Assembly (NCBI RefSeq): GCF_009914755.1
Contig: NC_060941.1
DNA length: 64,000 bases
Strand: one strand, 5' to 3'
DNA from: the human T2T-CHM13v2.0 reference genome, Homo sapiens
This document shows positions 51,698 to 64,000 of the stretch, piece by piece (positions within the stretch are counted from its first letter, which is position 1; each line of letters starts with the position of its first letter). Under the pieces are notes generated by a model. It worked only from the letters and a program-made list of their open reading frames with translations. It had not been told where the DNA came from and ran no database searches. A program made the translations under genes and the position numbers.

Positions 51698-51995
51698 AGG
51701 CAGGGCACGGTGGCTCACGCCTTTAGTAATCCTAGTATTGGGAGGCTGAGGTGGGAGGATTGCTTGAGGCCAGGAGTTTGGACCAGTCTGGGCAACAAAG
51801 TGAGACTTTGTATCCACAAAAAATTTTAAAAATTAGCTGGGTGTGGTGGCACATGCCTGTGGTCCCAGCTACATGGGAGGCCGAGGCAGGAGGATAGCTT
51901 GAGCCTGGGAGGGTCTAGGCTGCAGTGAGTCGTGTTAGCACCACTGCAACTCCAGCATGGGCAACAGAGTGAGACCCTGTCTCAAATAAATAAAT
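51698..51995 (+). mobile_element. AluJ
   Basis: J diagnostics (GGAGGATTGCTTGAGGCCAGG). Confidence 0.9.
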
Positions 51996-52415
51996 GAATG
52001 AATGAGTGAATGGCAGCTTGCTTTCTGAGATTTCCTGGCCTTATTCTCCTCCACTAGTTTGGCTTGAACCTTCTCTTTCCTTCGTCTCTCTTGTCTGACC
52101 CCAGTTTTCACCACTGTGTGACTCTGAAACCTTTCCTCTGTGCCTTTTAGAGTTTATTGTCAGTCACCTGTAAAACACCGTTTCTTTTTAACCTCTTCTC
52201 TAAACAATACCTTGATTTCCTTACTGTACCTGAAACTGAGCTCTCTTCCTGAGGGCACTCCTTCCCCTGAAGAGTTCTTTAGTGGTGGCTCCTCCTATTG
52301 GGAACAGAGATGTTCTGTTTGTTTCTTATTGCTGCATCTAGACTTCTGGGCTCTCTCCCACTACTCCAGTCATGTAGTTGTTGGTGATTTCAGGATCCAT
52401 ACAGATGCTTTTCAT

Positions 52416-52635
52416 ATAGGTTATCTGTAATCTGAAAATCCAAAATCTGAAATGCTCTAAAATTAGAAACTTTTTGAGTGCTGACATGACAACTCAAAGG
52501 AAATGTTCATTGGAAGATTTCAGGTTTTCAGATTTGGGATGCTCTGTGGTACATATATTCCAAAATCTGAAAAAAATTTGAAATCTGAGACACTTCTGGC
52601 CCAAAGCATTTTGGGTAAAGAATACTTAACATGCA
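52416..52635. mobile_element. Tigger4a/Zombi-type MITE
   Basis: AATCTGAAAATCCAAAATCTGAAATGCTC...AAATCTGAGACACTTCTGGCCCAAAGCATTTTGG. Confidence 0.8.
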
Positions 52636-52706
52636 ATACTCTGGCTTCCTGACTTCCTCTCCTCCATTGATTTATCTTAGCCATTCAACTCTGTGGCATA
52701 TCCTGT

Positions 52707-52802
52707 GCAGATGCTTTTAAACTCTCAGGGCATCTGCATTAACTGGGGAGCTTTGAAAAACTATAGATGCCTAGGACTCACTCCCAGAGATTCTGATTTC
52801 TT
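52707..52802. mobile_element. MER5A fragment
   Basis: CTGGGGAGCTTTGAAAAACTATAGATGCCTAGGACTCACTCCCAGAGATTCTGATT. Confidence 0.65.
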
Positions 52803-53659
52803 TATCAGTTTCTGACATTTTACTCTCCACCTACCACCTCCTATTTTTCTGGCTTACTTCTAGTACCCAAGAGTCTTAATTCTTTCATCTCACTGGGACT
52901 TTCTCATTTGCCACCTTTTCTGTTACATCGTACCCTCATATCCTCATTTCCTTTTCCAACTAGCTGAGTTCCCAAAGCCTGTCATTACACTTGCTCTTCT
53001 GAGTCTACTTTCAACCCTCTTGACTTCTCTCCCTGAGTTGTTCTTGCTTGGCCAAACCTTGATGAAAACCAACTCCATCTGTTTTATACCTGTATACTTG
53101 TAGGTGAATATGGCTCGAGCAAACAGCTATGTTGACTTTCAATTCTTGGCTAGTACTTAATGACTTTAAGTTCATGGTTTAGTGCTGCCCAGCTGTCTTG
53201 TTAACTCTAGTTCTTTCACGTTCCCATTGCTTAGATGATTATATCTTTCCCTTGCATTCACATTGTCAGTATTTCCATTCCATCTTCTCTCTCAGCTGAT
53301 GACCTTGCTTTCTGTTTCATTAAGAAAATAGAAATAATCTTCCCACCACCTGCATCTTTACCAATCTTATTATGAAATAACTGTCTTTTTCTCTGTTGAA
53401 GGTCATTTCCTTCAGTTGTCCATTAGAACCTACCCCCCCTCACCTTCTCAAGGATATGTTCCTGTAATTCTTCCTCTTTTCTCCTTTTCTGCATTGCTGT
53501 GAACATAACTCTCAGACCACTAGACCTATTATTCCCCATTTGCAGCTTTCACATTATTCTCCTTCTTTCTTCCCTGAAAGTCTCTAGCTTTGTATCTCAT
53601 GTCATCTGACTATATTACCTACAACCTCTTATTGTTGTTGACTGTATCTCCTGGTTCAT

Positions 53660-54412
53660 TGTAGGGCATTCCCTACAATGATTTCTGATACTGACTACCT
53701 TGAATTAGGCCAGACTTCACAAGTTAAGGGCACAGTCCTCCGTAAGACTACTCTTCAAACACTAGCTGCAAACTTGGGGGATTTCAGAGGCACCCTCATT
53801 TTTGAGCAACTAGCTAAAATTTAGGGATTCTTGCTACTCCCTCACGTTTGATAATTCATTAGAACAACTGATAGAACAGGAAAGCACTGTAGGTTTGATT
53901 ATGGCTTAATTGTGTCATAAAGGATACAAATCAGCATCATCCAAAAAGAGACACATAAGGCCGGGAGACTCCTAAATGTGAAGCTTCTGATGTCTTCTCC
54001 CTGTGGAGTCAGGATACATCACCCTCCTGGCACAAAGACATGTAGCAAATCATACGTTGTTTACACAGTGTCCACAATCTTCTGTGGCATTTCATGTGTA
54101 AGCATGACTGATTGAATCATTGGCCGCTGATGGAAGTAAGTCTTCTTCATCTCCCTGCCCCACCTTGGTCAGTCTCCTATGGGTCAAAATCTCAACTCTT
54201 TAATTATGTGGCTGGGTTCTCTAGCATAGCCAGCACCTATCCTGCATCATTTTATTACCACAGACTATTTAGGGACCTATCATGAGTCATCTTGTTAGCA
54301 TAAATAATCAGAGCTCACCATGAATAACAAAGACACTCAGGAAATTCCCAGGATTTAGAGACTACCTTTCAGGAACTGGGGACAAAGGTTCAGCAAAATT
54401 CTCTATTACACA
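53660..54412. mobile_element. MER21-family LTR
   Basis: Characteristic GACTTCACAAGTTAAGGGCACAGTCC, TTTGATAATTCATTAGAACAAC and GGAACTGGGGACAAAG motifs; TG...CA ends. Confidence 0.7.
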
Positions 54413-54769
54413 GGATTCCCCCTTTATACTTAAAAACAAAAAAATTAGTTCTCCCCACCTTACCAATACTATTTCTAATGTTAATTCTTGGTAATTTTGA
54501 TCATGTAGATATTTTTTCAACATTTTGATCTTTCAGTCCTTTGAATTTATTTCCTTCAATGAATTTGTCTTCCAATTTACCTCAACCATTCACTCCCATA
54601 GTCATACCCTAGATCTTGACTAATAGCTGCATCCTCCCCATAATTTCAGTTTCATGCATCCCAATCTCTGACCACCACTTGCTGTCTTTCAGTCTTTCTC
54701 CCTTTAGTACCCTGACTCCAATAATCCTTTAATCCCACTAGGACCTCTAATGCGTTGTTGCTACCACCA

Positions 54770-57700
54770 TTTTTCAGCACCATTTATTGAAGAGATTTTT
54801 CTGCAATGTATGTTATTGGTTTTTTGCCAGAAATCAGTTGGCTGTAGATATATGGATTAATTTCTGGGTTCTCCTATCTGTTCCACTGGTCTATGTGTCT
54901 GTTTTTATGTCGGTACCATGCTGTTTTGGTTATTACAGCTTTGTAGTATCTTTTGAAGTCTGGTAGTGTGATTTCTCCAACTTCGTTCTTTTTGCTCAGA
55001 ATTGCTTTGGCTATTTGAAGACTGTTGTGATTCCATGCGAATTTTAGGATTTCTTTTTCCTATTTCTGTGAAGGATGTCATTGGTATTTTGGTAGGGATT
55101 CTATTGAATTTATAGATTGTTTGGGGTAATCATTTTAACACTCTTCTTCCATTAGCATAAGACATTTTTCCATTTGTTTGGATGCTCTTCAATTTTGTTC
55201 ATCAGTATTTCGTAGTTTTTCTTATAGAGGTCTTCAACTCCTCAGTTAAATTTCTTTCTAAGTATTTTATATTTTGTAGCTATTATAAATCGAATTGCCT
55301 TCTGGATTTTTTTTAGCTAGTTTATTGTTTGTGTATAGAGTACTACTGATATTTGTTTGAATTCGTTTGAATTCGTTTATTGAATTCGTTGATCAATTTT
55401 ATGAGTTTTTGGTAGGGTCTTTAGGTTTTATTTTATTTTTTATTTTAATTTAAAATTTTTTTGCATATAAGATCATGTCATCTGCAAACAGGTTCAGTTT
55501 GACTTTCTCCTTTGTAATTTGGATGCCTTTTATTTCTTTTTCTTGCTTGATTGCTCTGGCTAGGAATTGCAGTACTATGTTGAATAAGAGTGAAAGTGGG
55601 CATTCTTGTCTTGTTCTAGTTCTTAGAGGAAAAACTTTGAGCTTTTACCCATTCAGTATGATGTTAGCTGTGAGTTTGTCATATATGGCCTTTACTGTGT
55701 CAAGGTACTTCCTTTTATACCTTATTTATTGACAGTTTTTTTATCATGAGGGGATGTTGAATTTTTAAAAATGCTTTTTCTGCATCTGTTGAGATGATTG
55801 TATGGTTTTGCTCCTTTATTCTGTTACTGTGATTTATTACATTTAATAATTTGTGTATGTTGAACCATAATTGCATTCCTGAGATAAATCTCACTTGATT
55901 ATGGTGTATTATCTTTTTGATGTGTTACTGGATTTGGTTTGTTAGTATTTTGTTGAGAAGTTTTGCTTCTATGTTCATTAGGGATATTGGCTTGTAGTCT
56001 CCTTTTTTTGTTGTGTCTTTGTCTGGTTTTGGTATTAGGGTTATGTTGGCCTTATACAATGAGTTAGAGAGAATTCCCTCCACTTCAATTTTTGGAATAG
56101 TTTGAGAACTCTTAGTATTAATTATTCTTTAAGGCTTTGGTAAAATTCAGCAGTGATACCATCTGGTTCTGGACTTTTCTTTGCTGGGAGACTTTTTACT
56201 GATTCAATTTTTCTGATTACTGATTCAGTCTCAGTGCTTGTTGGTCTGTTGAAGTTTTCTATTCTTCATTTGGTCTTGTTAGCTTGTATGTGTCCAGGAA
56301 TTTATCTATGTCCTCTAGGTTTCAAAATTTATTGACATATATTCATAGTAGTCTAGTGATTCTTTGTATTTCCGTGGTATCCATTGTGATATCTTCTCTT
56401 TCATTTTTTATTTTATTTGAGTCTTCTCTTTTTTTGTTAGTGTAGCTAATGGTTTCTCAATTTTGTTTCTGTTTTCAAAAAACCAAATTTTTGTCTCATT
56501 GATCTTTAGTATTTTTTTTGTCTCTCAACTTCATTTATTTCTGCTCTGATCGTATTCTTTCCTTCTGTTAATTTTGGGTTCGGCTTGTTCTTGCTTTTCT
56601 AGTTCCTTTGAGATGCATCCTTAAGTTGTTTATTTGAAATCTTTCTAGTTTTCTGCTGTAGGCATTTATCACTGTACACTTGTGTCTTAATACTACTTTT
56701 GCTGTCTCTCATAGGTTTTTGTATGTTGTGTTTCTATTTTCAGTTGTTTTAAGGAATTTTAAATTTTAATTCTTATTTTTTTCCTTCATTCATTGGTTGT
56801 TCTGGAGCAGGTTGTTTTATTTCCATGTGTTTGTATAGTTTTGAATGTTGCTCTTGTAATTTTTAGTTTCATTCTAAATATCTTGTGGTCAGATATTTGG
56901 TATGATTTAAATTAAAACAATGTTTTAGACTTCTTTGTGTCCTAATTTGGTCAGTCCTGGAGAATGTTCCATGTGCTGTTGAAAAGAATGTGTATTCTGC
57001 AGGTGTTGGGTGAAACACTCTTAAGTGTCTGTTAAATCCATTTGGTCTGTGGTGTAGTTTAAATCTGATGTTTCTTTGTTGACTTTGTTGAGTCTGTCTA
57101 GATGAACTCTCCAGCGCTGACAGTGGGTGTTGAAATCAGTCTAATGTTGATAAATTCCCATAGTTTTGGCTTGTCTGAAGTATTTTATTTCTTTCATCTC
57201 TAAGGATAGCTTTGTTGGACATAATATTCTTGACTACCAGTTTTCTATTTCTTTCAGTAATTTCAATATATCATCTCATTCTCTCCTGGCCTGTGAGGTT
57301 TCTTCTGAGAAATCTACTCTACTAAGACTAATGGGGATTCCCTTATATGTGACTTGATGTTTTTCTCTTGTTTTTAGAATTCTTTTTCTTTTACTTTTGA
57401 CAATTTGACTGTAATGTGCCTCAGACCTCTTCGGCTTGAATCTGTTTGTGGTTCTTTGAGCCTCCTAGATCTTGATGTTCATCTCTCTCCTAAGATTTGG
57501 GACATTTTCAGCTACTATTTCATGAAATATATTTTCTACTTTTTTTCACATTTCCTTTCCTTCCAGAATGCCTATATGCTAATATTTGCTCACTTAAAGG
57601 TGTACCATAAATCCTATAGGCTTTCTTCATTTTTTAAAATTATTTATTGTCTTCTGTGTTATTTCAAATGACCTGTCATCAGAGTTCAGAAATTCTTTCT

Positions 57701-59958
57701 TCTGCTTGGTCTAATCTATTGTTGAAGCTCTCAATTGGATTTTTTATTTCATTCATTGAATTCTTCATCCATAGAATTTGTATTTGGTTCTGTCTTATGA
57801 TACCTATCTCTGTTAAATTTCTCATTCAAGTTATCAATAATTTTTCTTATTTTGTTGAATTGTCTATCTGTATTCTCTTGTATCTTGCTGAGTTTACTTA
57901 AGATTATTATTTTTGACATTTTGTATATTTCCTTATGATTGAGACCTGTTACTGGAGAATTATTATATTTCTTTGGAGGCATCATATTTCCTTGCTTTTT
58001 CATATTTGATGTGTCCCTACATTGATTTCTTATGCATCTGATTGTAAAGTCACCTCTTCCAATTTTATGGAGTAGGCTTCATAGGGAAAGACTTATTCAT
58101 ATGAATGGGTCTTGGCATGACGGTTAGGTGGGGCATGTTGGCTCTATTTCTGGGCAGATGCTGTAGTGTAGTGTCCATGTAGTTTCTTCAGCTGTAACTC
58201 ATGCTAGTTATGTTTGCAAATGTCTCTTTGGCCTAGGCTGAGAGAATTTTTGGCAGTAGTGGTGTGGGTTTGCCAGGGGTAGGCTCACTGGGCTGTTTCT
58301 CAGGTTGGAGGTCCCTGTGTGCACATAGTGGGTTGGCTAACTTGGGGCTGGGTTTGGAAGCCGGGGACATTACTCTGGCTGGGAGCACATGCATTTGGCT
58401 GCTCAGCTGGCCTGGGACGTGCCTGCCAGGAGCAGCCTTCAGGGTTATTTCTCATGCCCAGGATGCAAGCACACACCTGCTTGGCTGACCTGGGGATGTG
58501 TTTGCTGGGGGTGGCCCATGGGGCTACTTCTCTGGCCCTTGATTTGGGTGTAAGCTGCTGGTCTGGTCCGGGGATATATCTGCTTGGGTGGACCACAGGG
58601 CTGTTTCTCAGGCCTGTGGCACAGGTGTCCAGCTGCTTGGCTGGCCAGAGGCTTGTGTTTGCTGGGGGTGACCTGTGAGGCTGTTTCTTAGACCTGAAAC
58701 ACAGGCGCATGACTGTATGGCTAGCCCAGAAGGGGAGGGATGTCTGCTAGGGGTGGCCCACAGGGCTGCTTCAAAGGCCTGGAATGCAAGTGAACAGCTG
58801 CTCAGTGGAACTGGGGGTATGTCTGGCAAGGGCAGCCTGTGGGGCTGCTTCTCAGGCTTGGGATGCAGATGCGTGATTGCTTGGCCGGCCTGGGGTATTA
58901 CCAGACAGAGTGGCCTGCAGAGCTGTTCCTCAGGCCTGAGGCATGGTTGCACAGCTGCTCAGCAAGCCTGGGATCATGTCTACCAGGAGTGTCTCGAAGA
59001 GCTATTTCTGAGGCCCTGACTGCAGGTGCATGTCCATTGGGTTAGCCATGGCCTTGTCTGCAGGGAATGGTGCACTGCCGGGCTGTTTCTCATGCCCTGC
59101 ATATGAACATGTAGCTATTCTACAACATATCAGCTACTCAGAGACTTGAGGGCCTCTCCCGCTGGGGGAGTACATGCAACAGTTTGGGCAGCTCTAGGGC
59201 AGGTTCATCCTGGGTAGGACTGCCAGACTGTTCCTCTGGCTATAAGTGAGAGCAGTGGGAGTTGGTTCTTTGCTGTGCAGGACCAGAGTCACAGCTATTC
59301 CTGGGCCCCGACTTTGTGCTCCTGGGGTCGTGGTGTTCAGCCACTGGTGTGGAATTCGTAGTATAAAGATGGAGCCCCCGTGCTGGAGAGGTGCAGTGGC
59401 TACTGGCCCCCAGATGAGGGCGCACTTCAGAGGTGGCCCTGGTCTCAGGATAGCACCATGTTGCAGTATCTGGGTTCACAGAGCGTGAATGGGGGTTAGG
59501 GAGTGCACACCTTGTGCTCCTAATCTAGGAACTGCATGAATTCCCTGCAGCTCTTCTAACGGGGGTCAGGGCTTGTGAGGACTATAGGAGTCTCCTGTTG
59601 CAAGGACTGTAGATATTTGTGGTGGCAGTGGGGACTAGTGGGGTTCTTCTGCCTACCTTTTCCCTGCAACAGGAAGTCTTTCCTGACTCCAGGCAGATCT
59701 GATCCAGGTGGGAAGATAGGGCTACAGAGGCTGGGTACCTCCATGCTGGTCTCCTGGACTTCCAGTCACAACGGGTGCATCTTCACACCCTACTGTACCC
59801 CAGCACTCTCCCTTTGACATTCCAGTCAAATCTTAGCTGTTTGTTGCCTTGGTCCTTTCTTGTGGTGGGTGGGAAGTGCAGAGGGGCAAGGAGTACAGGG
59901 AAGGGGTGCAGGGGACGAGCATTAGGTGTCTCTAGTCAGCTATCTTGCTGAAGTCACT
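54770..59958 (-). mobile_element. Old LINE-1 (L1PB/L1MA-class): 5'UTR, ORF1 and partial ORF2; 3' end missing
   Basis: 5' start GTGACTTCAGCAAGATAGCTGACTAG (reverse complement at ~59933-59958). ORF1 remnant KKQGNMMPPKKYNNSPVT (57749-58003). RT-region antisense motifs (GATCATGTCATCTGCAAACAG ~55471). Many stops. Confidence 0.9.
58280..59100. repeat. ~79-bp degenerate tandem array (~11 units) in the L1 5'UTR
   Basis: GGCTGTTTCTCAGG-like core at 58291, 58443, 58522, 58599, 58679, 58764, 58843, 58921, 59000, 59081. Confidence 0.85.
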
Positions 59959-60205
59959 GAGTTTTTTTTGTTTGTTTTGTTTGCCGTAGACTTAATAGAA
60001 ATTCCAGCAGTAACATGATTAAAAAGGCATGTTAGAAGATTAATATATTCCATATTAAATATAGTAAGTTTCTGCTAAACACGATCTTTTTGATTTACCT
60101 ATGATATTTTTGCTTGATGAGAGTAATAATTTTTATTACAAGATAAGGGACAGATATCTGGGAAATCAGATTACTCTGTTTTCAAGATGTCTTAGACTAG
60201 ACTGA

Positions 60206-60512
<307 letters not shown>

Positions 60513-61842
60513 AAGATGGAGTTTCTTGCTCTAATTACGTTTTTTGTAGGTTTTCTTCACTTAAGCTTTGCTCACACCATAATGAGGTTTTCTCTGATTG
60601 TTTGTTGGGATTAGTAATGGCATTCATGCAAGAATGGTGTATGAAGTTTATGAAGTTTAAAAGCAGTCGATGTACAGTGAGATCATGTATTAAGGCATGG
60701 TAACAGTTGCTTTGGGTTACAGCCAAAAGTAGGCAAATCAGGAATTTGGAAGAGAATAAAGAACGGAAGCAATTTTTTTAGTGTTATACAATTAGGGCAA
60801 AAATAATAAGATGATTCTCACTGAGTATGATTTTAGATGCCCCAGATTTTCAAAATCAGCACTCAGGTATGGCTTTGAAACTTTCAGAAGACAAACCAGT
60901 ACTAGCTGCAGTTTTTCAGCATGCCCAGGAACTGAGCATTAGACACCAAAAGAAGCAAGATTAGTGTTCTACTTTCATTCAGGTTGGAGAAAAGGAGCCA
61001 AAGATTTTGTATAAAGTTCCCCTTGTACTTTATTTCTGGGATGTGAAAATTATTTTACTTATGCAAAAGCATATAGTAAGTACTTGACGAATATGTTTAC
61101 TTAAACCTCTAAATAATCCCCTCTCTCTTATAAATTTCCTTTACACTTTATCTTTCTCTTGTGATACCTAGCACCTTCTAGTTTGAATTTTACTTGAGCT
61201 CACTTCTCTTTAATTCTCATTAACGGACTGATGCTTCTTTTAGGCAGAACTGCTTGTTAACCTTTTAAAAAATTATCTGCAGTACCTGCTGAGGGCCTTA
61301 TACTTAGTTTGTTCTCAGTAAACAGTGAACAGATAGAAGATCAGAAGACATTGTGTTTTTAAAATTTATAGATTAATATTAGAAAAAGATTTGAGGCGGC
61401 ATTGCCATCTGTATTCATGCAGTAGAGAAGTGTCGCTGAGTGCAAAAGATATAATTTGCGAAGAATTTTCACTAACGTGTTTCTAAAATAAGTTTTTTGC
61501 TGTGTTAGTGTGTTTTGGTTGTTTCTTGATGTTATTTATAAGAATGCTTAGTGCCTGGACTTAATCCTTTAAAATAACAGTTTAATTTTAACTTCACAGG
61601 CATACTAAACCTGTTCATTATGTGCTTGGAGAAACCAAGGGAAGGCGAATGATGCAGGAAGTAGTAGTGGTAGTTCTATGTATTCTTCTTCATTAGCCCT
61701 TTTACTGAACTGGCGACAAAAGAATTCTGTAATATAACTTTAAAATATTTTATTAGATAATGGCTGTGGTCATTGATGGAGCTAATCCAGCTATCTAGAG
61801 AAAAGCCATTCCTGCAAAGCTCATAGAATAAAAAACACATGC

Positions 61843-62657
61843 TTTTTTTTTTTTTTTTTTTTTTGAGACAGAGTTTCACTCTGTCGCCCAGCCTGGAGTG
61901 CAGTGGCGCAATCTTGGCTCACTGCAACCTCGTCTCCTGGGTTCAAGTGATTCTTCTGCCTCAGCCTCCTGAGTAGCTGGGACTACAGGTGCGCACCGCC
62001 ACACCTGGCTAATTTTTTTTGTATTTTTAGTAGAGATGGGGTTTCACCGTCTTGGTCAGTCTGGTCTGCTCTTGAACTCCTGACCTCGTGATCCGCCTGT
62101 CTCGGCCTCCCAAAGTGCTGGGATTACAGGCATGAGCCACTGCACCCGGCCAAGGCATGCTTTTTGGTTAGAGAAGTTTGGTGAGTAAAAACTAATAAAG
62201 GATGGTTGAGCAACTTAGCGATGATACTAATTTACTGGGCTAGAAAATACCAGAGGAGGGTTGTTCATATGAGAGGCCTGGAGTGAAATTTGGTTATCCA
62301 GATGATAGATGACAGCAAAGGCAATGGATGAACTAGGAGGAGAGGACACTGAAAAAGGAATTAATTAATTATTGAGAGAGTCTCATTCTGTCACCCAGGC
62401 TGGAGTGCAGTGACACGAACAGAGCTCACTGCAGCCTTGACCTCAGGCATAAGCAATCCTCCCACCTCAGCCTCCCAAGTAACTGGGACTGCAGGCATGT
62501 ACCATCATTGCTGGCTAATGTTTTTTTTTTTAAATTTTCTGTAGAGATCAGCTCTCCCTATGTTGCCCAGGCTGGTCTTGAACTCCTAGCTCGAGTGATC
62601 TTCCCACCTTGGCCCCCCAAAGTGCTGGAATTACAGGTGTGAGTCACTGTGCCCTAC
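61843..62657 (-). mobile_element. AluS 61843-62151 and AluJ 62375-62657
   Basis: Alu consensus; first element has TSD CATGCTTTTT. Confidence 0.9.
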
Positions 62658-63359
62658 CATGATTTTTATTTTTTAAAGACGGGAGCATCTTGAAATGCTG
62701 ATAGAAATAGCTATTAAAGGATGAGTTTCAAAATATAGAAGTCAAAATATAAGAGGTTCCTGGGTGAATGAGTGGGAGTGGGATACAGAGCAAAGGTAGA
62801 TAATTTGACCTCAGAGAGAAAAAGGAATATGTCTATTTTAATAGGAGGAGAGGGTGTGTGTTAATGGGCTTAGGTCTGTAGGTTTGTTGGTGGGTAGTTG
62901 ACAGAGTTCTTTCTGATAATTTTTATGGCATGTATTTTTCTTTGTGTTATGGAAGCTGAAAATATGGGTTGAGAGTGATGCAAAGAAATGAGGTCAGAGA
63001 ATGTTCACAGGGAACTGACTAAAAAAGCAGTAGATTGCTAAGAGGTGAAAAGGGTCAGTTGAGATTTGCAAGCATAGATTTCTGACATATTTGGTATATC
63101 ACTAACTAATATGACTTTTTTTAACAGTGTTCAGCCGCCTTGGTATAGTTGGAATCAGCTTGAATTTTGATTTGTATTTTATGTGGAATCAGAGAGCAAA
63201 GGGGCAAGGGAGTTTGGGGGTTTGGTGGGAGAGTGATTGAAATGACAGATCATTTTCTTGTGGGAAAAATTAGTAAATACAAAATAATATTAAAAAAACA
63301 AATGAAATGATGAATTTTATGCATGTTTTATGCATGTTTTCTTGTGCTGTTGCATGCCA

Positions 63360-63828
<469 letters not shown>

Positions 63829-64000
63829 CAAAAACAAGTGAAATGATGAATCCAGGATTCCAGTTGAGAGAGAGAGGAATTAAAGACCAGAGGAGACTGA
63901 CTAGGACCCTAAAGCCTTGATTTTCATCTCATTTATTGAAAGCACTTCTTAATGTCTGGATGGGTGGAGTGGTGGAGGGGAGTTTTACGCACGGTTTCTT

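Noticed and set aside
55358-55392. Triple GAATTCGTT repeat
   Set aside because: Trivial slippage duplication inside decayed L1 ORF2.
58264-59817. Cluster of overlapping 60-136 aa ORFs and a CRISPR-like periodicity
   Set aside because: Lies in an L1 5'UTR; whole units are degenerate copies with no unique spacers, there are no cas genes, and the context is eukaryotic.

Overview
Primate, human-like genomic DNA, rich in Alus, with no intact protein-coding exon that I can support. Positions ~1-37 kb look intergenic and repeat-dominated: about 30 Alus, old L1M/L2/MIR fragments, MLT1 and MLT2A LTRs, and a TRMT112 processed pseudogene. A CpG-island promoter at ~37.9-39.1 kb carries an apparently non-coding + strand first exon with strong CAG|GTAAGG donors at 38817 and 39194; I cannot name the host gene. 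The remainder (39-64 kb) looks like intron 1. It holds an RPL29 processed pseudogene, a solo LTR10 (LTR10C-like), a MER21-like LTR, MER1B/MER8/MER58B/Tigger4/MER2 DNA-transposon relics, and an antisense old L1 with a ~79-bp tandem array in its 5'UTR. The most unusual structure is at 30.35-33.66 kb, where three pairs of locally duplicated non-Alu sequence (two inverted, one direct) interlock. They are best explained as two adjacent ancient micro-inversions with staggered-break duplications. Nearly all listed ORFs are Alu/L1/GC-content artefacts. Repeat subfamily names come from recalled consensus features, not from a database search.
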